From positions 64,001-128,000 of the forward strand of contig CAVRZA010000011.1 in assembly GCA_963725665.1 (NCBI GenBank): 64,000 nucleotides of DNA, written 5' to 3'. The position numbers were made by a program, and so were the translations under genes. Below, one piece after another: positions 58,306 to 64,000 of this stretch. The stretch is from an uncultured Actinomycetes bacterium. GTDB lineage: Bacteria > Actinomycetota > Thermoleophilia > UBA2241. The notes under the pieces are model-generated. The model saw only the letters and a program-made list of their open reading frames with translations. It ran no database searches and was not told the origin of the DNA. The first letter of the stretch is position 1, and each line of letters starts with the position of its first letter.

Positions 58306-59969
58306 ATGACGAGCAGGAGACTTCTCTGGCTGAGCGTGGCGCTGGTCGTGATCGCCGCGCTGGCGCTGGTGGCCGCCGGCTGCGGCACGACCAGCACCAG
58401 CACCGGCGGCGCGAGCCCGAGTGCCGCCGGCGGCGGCAGCCCCAAACAGGGCGGCACGCTGACCATCGGCTACCAGGGCGAGCCCACCGGGCTCGACCCG
58501 GCGATCGCCTACGAGAACGAGGCGTGGACCATCGAGAACATGATCTACAACGGCCTTGTCAAGTACGCCAGCGGCTCGGGCGAGGCGGGCACCAAGATCG
58601 TGCCCGACCTCGCCGAGGCCATGCCGACCATCTCGGCCGACGGCAAGACCTTCACCTTCAAGCTGCGGCAGGGCGTGAAGTTCCAGGCACCTGTGAGCCG
58701 CGAGGTGACGGCCGACGACTTCAAGTGGTCCTTCTATGCGCATGATGAGGCTCCCCAAGGCGCCCGCGACCTTCTTCTACGAGGGCATCGTGGGGGCGAA
58801 GGCCTACGAGAACCGCAAGGCCAGCGATGTGGCAGGCGTCAAGGTCCTCGACAACTACACGCTCGAGTTCGACCTCACGCAGCCCGATGCCACGTTCCTG
58901 AACAAGCTCGCGATGCCGTTCATGTACGTGCTCCCGAAGGAGTGGGTTGCGAAATGGGGTGACCACTTCAACCGCCACCCGCTGGGGACCGGCCAGTACA
59001 TCATGCAGAGCTGGTCGACCAGCAAGATGGTGCTTCCCAAGAATCCGGACTTCTTCGATCCCAGCATGCAGTACGCCGACCAGTGGGTCTGGGACTTCAC
59101 GCCGACGCCCACACGACAGGTACTCATGATCCAGCGTGGCTTGATCGACATCATGGGCAACCGCGTGGCGCCCGCCGATCTCGTGCGCGTCTCCAACGAC
59201 CCGCAGCTGAAGAACAACCTCGCCAGCGCACCCTACATCGCCCTCTACTACACCTTCTACAACGTGAAGTACAAGCCGTTCGACAACAAGCTTGTGCGAC
59301 AGGCCATCAACTACGCCATCAACCGCGAGAAGCTCGTGAAACTGCAGAGCGGGGCGGCCAGCGTCCTGAATCAGGTCTATCCCGAGGGCATGCCGGGTTA
59401 CGAGCCCAATGCGGACTACTACCCGTACGACCCGACCAAGGCCAAGGAGCTGCTCGCCCAAGCCGGCTTCCCCAACGGCTTCAAGACGACCTACTGGTGC
59501 CTCAACACCGACCCGGCGCCGAAGATCGCCCAGTCGATCACCAATGACCTGCAGGCCGTCGGCATCAAGGCGAACCTCAAGCTGATGGAGGAATCGGCCT
59601 ACTGGACCGCGACGGCGGCGCCGTCGACCGGCATCGCCATCGGCTACTCCGACTGGTACATGGACTTCCCCGACCCGTCGGACTGGATCGAACCCCTGTT
59701 CGCGAAGGCTTCCACGGAGCCCGGTGGGATGGATGCCGGCAACTGGTGGGATCCGCAGGTCGAGGCGCTGTCCAAGCAGGCGGCCGACGATGCCCGCCGG
59801 CACGCAGCGCACCCAGCTCTACACCCAGATGCAGCAGATCATCATGGAGCAGGCGGCCGTCGACCCGATGTACCAGCCGGTGGAGAACTACATGTTCTCG
59901 GACAACGTGGGCGGCTACTACATCCACCCGGTGTGGATCAACAACTATCTCGACTACTGGAGGAAGTAG
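58306..59969 (+). pseudogene. oppA: Peptide ABC substrate-binding lipoprotein (OppA/DppA) with two frameshifts (~58735, ~59785)
   Basis: Lipobox AAGC, LDPA, PDLAE, F.LR.GVKF; then GTG.Y, VRQA..YAINR, YDP.KAKELL; C-terminus in a third frame. Confidence 0.8.
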
Positions 59970-59977
59970 CGGCGTCG

Positions 59978-60010
59978 GGCGGGGCGGCGGCGGGACGCCG
60001 CCGCCCCGCC
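59978..60010 (+). terminator. GC hairpin after oppA (terminator or mRNA stabiliser)
   Basis: 15-bp perfect stem GGCGGGGCGGCGGCG/CGCCGCCGCCCCGCC, no U-tract. Confidence 0.55.
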
Positions 60011-60139
60011 AAAGCAGCCTCACGGCGCGCGACCGAGTGATGAGAACAGGCGAGGGACAGATGACAGGCAGCGGGCGGGCCGCCACACGCCGGCCCGCGG
60101 CGAGCGGAGCGCCGGCCGCGGGCCGGCCCGGGAGGCAGC

Positions 60140-61069
60140 ATGGGTAAGTACCTCGTCCGCCGGTTGCTCTGGATGGTGGTCGTGCTCTTCTTCGTCAGCC
60201 TGCTGACCTTCCTGCTTGCCTACGCCGTGCCGGCCGACCCGGCTAAGGCCGTCGCCGGCACGCATGCCACGCCCGAGGTGCTGGCGCGCATCCGACACGA
60301 CCTCGGTCTCGACAAGCCGATCTACACGCAGTACGGGCTCTACCTCTGGCACCTCGTGCACGGCAACTTCGGCTACTCCTTCCAGACCCAGCTGCCGGTC
60401 ATGTCGGCCATCCTGCAGCGGTTCCCGGCGACAGTCATGATCGCCCTCTTCGGCATCTTCTTCGAGCTGATCATTGGGATCCCCATCGGGATGGTCTCGG
60501 CCCTGAAGCAGTACAGCGTCCAGGACCGCACCTTCACCGTGGTGAGCCTCCTCGGCATCGCCGCGCCGGCGTTCTGGCTGGGCCTCATCATGCTGTACAT
60601 CTTCGCCTTCAAGATCCCCATCTTCCCGCTAGGTGGCTACGACGGCTGGCTGCACCCCATCTACGGCGTCCTGCCCGGCCTCGCCCTGGGCATCGGCGGC
60701 GCCGCCTGGTACTCGCGCATGCTGCGCTCGAGCATGCTCGACATCCTGAACGCCGACTACGTGCGCGCCGCGCGCGCCAAGGGCCTGCCCGAGCGCACCG
60801 TCGTGTGGCGCCACATCATGCGCAACGCCTGGTCGCCGATCGTCACCCTGCTGGGCATGGACTTCGGCTGGTTCCTCGGCGGTGTGCTCGTCATCGAGGT
60901 CGTCTTCGGCGTGCCCGGCATCGGCTGGCAGGCCTGGAACGCCATCCAGACGAGCGACATCCCGATGATCATGGGCACCGTGGTCTTCGCGGCCCTGCTG
61001 GTCGTGGTCTCGAACCTGGTCGTCGACATCGCCTACACCTGGCTCGACCCGCGTGTGAAGTACAGTTGA
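60140..61069 (+). CDS. oppB: Peptide ABC transporter permease (OppB/DppB)
   Basis: LGLDKP, FG.S, DYVR.ARAKG, E.VF..PG.G, DPRV. Confidence 0.92.
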   Translation: MGKYLVRRLLWMVVVLFFVSLLTFLLAYAVPADPAKAVAGTHATPEVLARIRHDLGLDKPIYTQYGLYLWHLVHGNFGYSFQTQLPVMSAILQRFPATVMIALFGIFFELIIGIPIGMVSALKQYSVQDRTFTVVSLLGIAAPAFWLGLIMLYIFAFKIPIFPLGGYDGWLHPIYGVLPGLALGIGGAAWYSRMLRSSMLDILNADYVRAARAKGLPERTVVWRHIMRNAWSPIVTLLGMDFGWFLGGVLVIEVVFGVPGIGWQAWNAIQTSDIPMIMGTVVFAALLVVVSNLVVDIAYTWLDPRVKYS

Positions 61070-61169
61070 GACGCGCCTGCCCGAGCCGCAGCCGGCGCGC
61101 CGCGTGGACATCGAGCCGAGGCCCGGCCGTCACGCGCGAGCGGATCGTCGCGCACTCCGTCTCGTAGAC

Positions 61170-61219
61170 GGGGGCGGGGGCGGTTAGGCCATTCTGGCCT
61201 AACCGCCCCCGCCCCCTTT
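61170..61219 (+). terminator. Intrinsic terminator after the opp operon
   Basis: Perfect 22-bp inverted repeat with TTC loop followed by TTT. Confidence 0.75.
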
Positions 61220-61586
61220 GCACGCGACTCGTACCACACGTACACTTACTGATCGTGGACTGCGGCACGGGGTACCCCGGCCCGCGTTGAGACCGGCTCG
61301 CCCGGCGACGCGGCTCCGAAGTGCTCCCGTCGCCGTCGAGACACCCCGATCCGCGAGCGCGACGCGCTCCTTTACACTGGGAGGTGGTACGCACACGTCG
61401 TCCCGCGGCCTCACAGAGGCCACGAGAGGCGACCGTGGTTGAGAGACGTGACGCAGAATGCACTACGATGTGCCTGCTCATGCCGCTTTCTCGCGCCCAG
61501 CGACCTCGTCTTCTGAAGTCGCGTGAGCGACGAGAAGCGGCCCGATCACGAGTTCGAAAGGAGACCCCCGCGCGGGGAGTGACATC

Positions 61587-63092
61587 ATGGCAGAGGTGAC
61601 CCAGACCAAGCAGTTCAACCTTCTCAAACCGCTCAAGGAAGACTACGGCACCATCAAGAACTACGTCGACGGCGAGTGGGTCGAGCCCAAGACCGACCGC
61701 TACCTCGACCTCCACAACCCGGCCGACGGCAAGGTCATCGGCAAGGTGCCGTTGAGCACTAAGGCCGAGACCGACAAGGCCATCAAGGCCGCCCACGACG
61801 CCTACTGGGACTGGCGCTCGACGCCGCCCATCGTGCGCGCGCGCTACATGTTCAAGATCAAGGGACTTCTCGACAAGTACCACGAGGAGATCGCCCGCAT
61901 CACCACGCAGGAGCACGGCAAGGCCATCGACGAGGCGCGCGGCGAGACGCTGCGGTCCATCGAGAACGTCGAGACGGCGGCCGGCATCACCAGTCTCATG
62001 ATGGGCTACAACCTCGAAGATGGCGCGGCCAAGAACATCGACGAGACGGTCGTGCGCCAGCCGCTGGGCGTGTTCGCCTGCGTGAGCCCCTTCAACTTCC
62101 CCGGCATGGTGCCGTTCTGGTTCTGGCCCTACGCGGTGGCCTCGGGCAACACGTTCGTCATCAAGGTCTCCGAGCAAACGCCGCTCACGCTCACGCGCAC
62201 CTTCGAGATCCTGCAGGACGCCGACCTGCCCGACGGCGTCCTCAACCTGGTGCACGGCGACAAGGAAGCCGTCGACGCCATCCTCGACAGCCCACTCGTC
62301 AAGGGCGTCACCTTCGTCGGCTCGACGCCCGTGGGCAAGTACATCTACGCCCGCTGCGGCGAGACCGGCAAGCGCTGCATCGCCCAGGCCGGCGCCAAGA
62401 ACTTCCTCACCGTGATGCCCGACGCCGAGATCGACCGCTCGACCGGCAACATGATGGCCAGCTTCTTCGGCTGCACCGGCCAGCGCTGCCTCGCCGGTGC
62501 CAACCTCATGGCCGTGGGCGACGTCTACGAGGAGCTCACGGCGAAGTTCGTCGCCGCGGCGGCTGCGCTGAAGGTCGGCCCCGGCCTTGACGAGTCGGTC
62601 AACATGGGTCCGATCATCTCGAAGAAGAGCCTCGAGCGCGTGCACAACTACATCGACATGGCCGTCAAGCAGGGCGCCGAGGTGCTCCTCGACGGGCGCG
62701 ACATCGTCGTGCCGGGCTTTGAGGGCGGCTACTACATCGGCCCGACGGTGCTCGACAAGGTGACGCCGGACATGACCCACGCCCAGGAGGAGATCTTCGG
62801 GCCGGTGGCGTCGATCATCCGCGTCAAGGACCTGGAGGAGTCAATCAAGATCACCAACGCCTCCCCCTTCGGCAACGCCGCCTCGATCTACACCACCAGC
62901 GGCCGTAGCGCGCGGCAGTTCTGGTACAAGGTGCAGACGGGCAACATCGGCGTGAACCTGGGCATCGCCGCCGCCATGGCCTACTTCCCGTTCGCCGGGC
63001 AGAAGGACTCTTTCTTCGGCACGATGCACGGCCAGGGCCAGGACGCGGTGAAGTTCTTCACCGACAGCAAGGTCGTCATCACGCGCTGGTAG
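61587..63092 (+). CDS. mmsA: CoA-acylating methylmalonate-semialdehyde dehydrogenase
   Basis: PFNFP.M.P.W, FVGSTPVG, GAKN, GQRC, EEIFGPV, GNAA.I.T, F.G.K.SFFG. Confidence 0.88.
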   Translation: MAEVTQTKQFNLLKPLKEDYGTIKNYVDGEWVEPKTDRYLDLHNPADGKVIGKVPLSTKAETDKAIKAAHDAYWDWRSTPPIVRARYMFKIKGLLDKYHEEIARITTQEHGKAIDEARGETLRSIENVETAAGITSLMMGYNLEDGAAKNIDETVVRQPLGVFACVSPFNFPGMVPFWFWPYAVASGNTFVIKVSEQTPLTLTRTFEILQDADLPDGVLNLVHGDKEAVDAILDSPLVKGVTFVGSTPVGKYIYARCGETGKRCIAQAGAKNFLTVMPDAEIDRSTGNMMASFFGCTGQRCLAGANLMAVGDVYEELTAKFVAAAAALKVGPGLDESVNMGPIISKKSLERVHNYIDMAVKQGAEVLLDGRDIVVPGFEGGYYIGPTVLDKVTPDMTHAQEEIFGPVASIIRVKDLEESIKITNASPFGNAASIYTTSGRSARQFWYKVQTGNIGVNLGIAAAMAYFPFAGQKDSFFGTMHGQGQDAVKFFTDSKVVITRW

Positions 63093-63126
63093 CGGCTCGG
63101 GCGACTGAAGAGACAAAGGAGACGAC

Positions 63127-63573
63127 GTGGCTCGCCAGTTCCCCGAGATCGTGGCCTACGGGTCCGCCTTTCGCTTCGCGCTCGAGGCCGAGTCGGCGTG
63201 CGCCGACTTCGCGGCCGCGGCCGGAGTGGTCGCGCCCGACGAGGCGTGGCGGGAGCGGCTCGAGATGCTCGTGTGTACCCACGACGATCGGGTGCAGAAG
63301 CTGACCGTCATCCGGCAAGAGGTCAACGAGATGATCCTCGAGCCGATCCACTCCCTAGACGGCGGCGACTACCTCGGGACGCTCGACGCCGAGGCGGCCA
63401 CGGGCTGGCCGGAGGTCGTCGAGCAGCTCATCCAGGCGGAGGAGGACACAGCCCGCTACCACGAGGATTTCGTGGCGGCGGCCGAAGACGTGCTGGCGGC
63501 CAGCGCGCGGGCCTTCAAGAAGGCCGCCAAGCAGGACCGCCAGGCGGCCGAGGAGTTGCGCGCGGCCCTCTAG
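63127..63573 (+). CDS. Ferritin-like/rubrerythrin-like four-helix protein
   Basis: FALEAE, H..R, EMILEPI, AEE...RY pattern; AAGGAG SD. Confidence 0.55.
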   Translation: MARQFPEIVAYGSAFRFALEAESACADFAAAAGVVAPDEAWRERLEMLVCTHDDRVQKLTVIRQEVNEMILEPIHSLDGGDYLGTLDAEAATGWPEVVEQLIQAEEDTARYHEDFVAAAEDVLAASARAFKKAAKQDRQAAEELRAAL

Positions 63574-63730
63574 ACCGAGCGCACTCGTAGGCCGCCTTGC
63601 GACGGGCGGCGCCGGGCGCTGAGGCGCCCGGCGCCGCCCGTCGCCACGGCAGCAGACAGAAGGGCGGCGCTCGGAGGCGCCGAACTCTCACAGGGAGACC
63701 GCTGCGGCCGATACCTTGAGTTGGCCGGCG

Positions 63731-63746
63731 TACTCGATATCGAGTA
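63731..63746. promoter_or_regulatory. Perfect 16-bp palindrome, candidate operator
   Basis: TACTCGATATCGAGTA, between TTGGCC and TAGGCT promoter-like hexamers. Confidence 0.45.
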
Positions 63747-63791
63747 GGCTCACGGCGGCAGCAGGCGTCACGCTCCAGTGAGGTGAGGACC

Positions 63792-64000
63792 ATGGACCCC
63801 AAGGACCTGTCCCGGCGAGACTTCCTCAAGCTGATCGGAGCGGCCTCCGCGGGCGCGGTCATCCTCGGCGGCGCCGGCCTCGACCTCGACGAGGCCGACG
63901 CCGCCTACCCCTACTACCTGACGGTCGCCAAGGGCGGCAACAGCGACGCCGCGGCCTGCACGCGCGCGGCGATCAAGGGCCTGGGCGGCATGGGCCGCTT
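63792..64000 (+). CDS. Tat-exported protein, DUF362-like (3'-partial)
   Basis: SRRDFLK twin-arginine motif; ends in AI..LGGM.R at the window edge, typical of DUF362 N-termini. Confidence 0.6.
   Translation, partial: MDPKDLSRRDFLKLIGAASAGAVILGGAGLDLDEADAAYPYYLTVAKGGNSDAAACTRAAIKGLGGMGR

Noticed and set aside
61220-61586. Long intergenic region before mmsA as a riboswitch or sigma54 promoter
   Set aside because: No recognisable aptamer consensus, and the TGGTAC lacks a properly spaced TTGC.

Overview
High-GC bacterial window, probably an anaerobic, deep-branching Actinomycetota (Thermoleophilia-like; inferred from gene content, the PASTA kinase and leaderless promoters). Core and metabolic genes include glpK, gltX, a fused TrpE(G)-type enzyme, an EtfBA-acyl-CoA dehydrogenase operon, rrf2-metY-metX-metW, murB, fabI, a split b6/subunit-IV-type Rieske/cytochrome b complex, a peptide ABC transporter with a dipeptide epimerase and serine hydrolase, and mmsA. 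There is also a c-di-GMP hotspot (one HD-GYP/GGDEF hybrid and four tandem GAF-GGDEF genes). The best hidden signals are missed or split by the ORF track: (1) a compact radical SAM/SPASM RiPP-like cassette with a small Cys protein, an RRE-like rSAM, a 21-aa Cys/Ser-rich precursor (MKIKKVARGKAALHCKCSSSC) and a terminator; (2) two tandem selenocysteine BCP peroxiredoxins with in-frame UGA at the catalytic site and an identical SECIS-like hairpin; (3) an unassigned structured intergenic RNA candidate; (4) a MoxR-vWA operon collapsed by a deletion; (5) apparent ACG start codons in three genes. Several single-base frameshifts between 46 and 60 kb look like sequencing or assembly indels. No tRNA, rRNA, CRISPR array or transposase was recognised.
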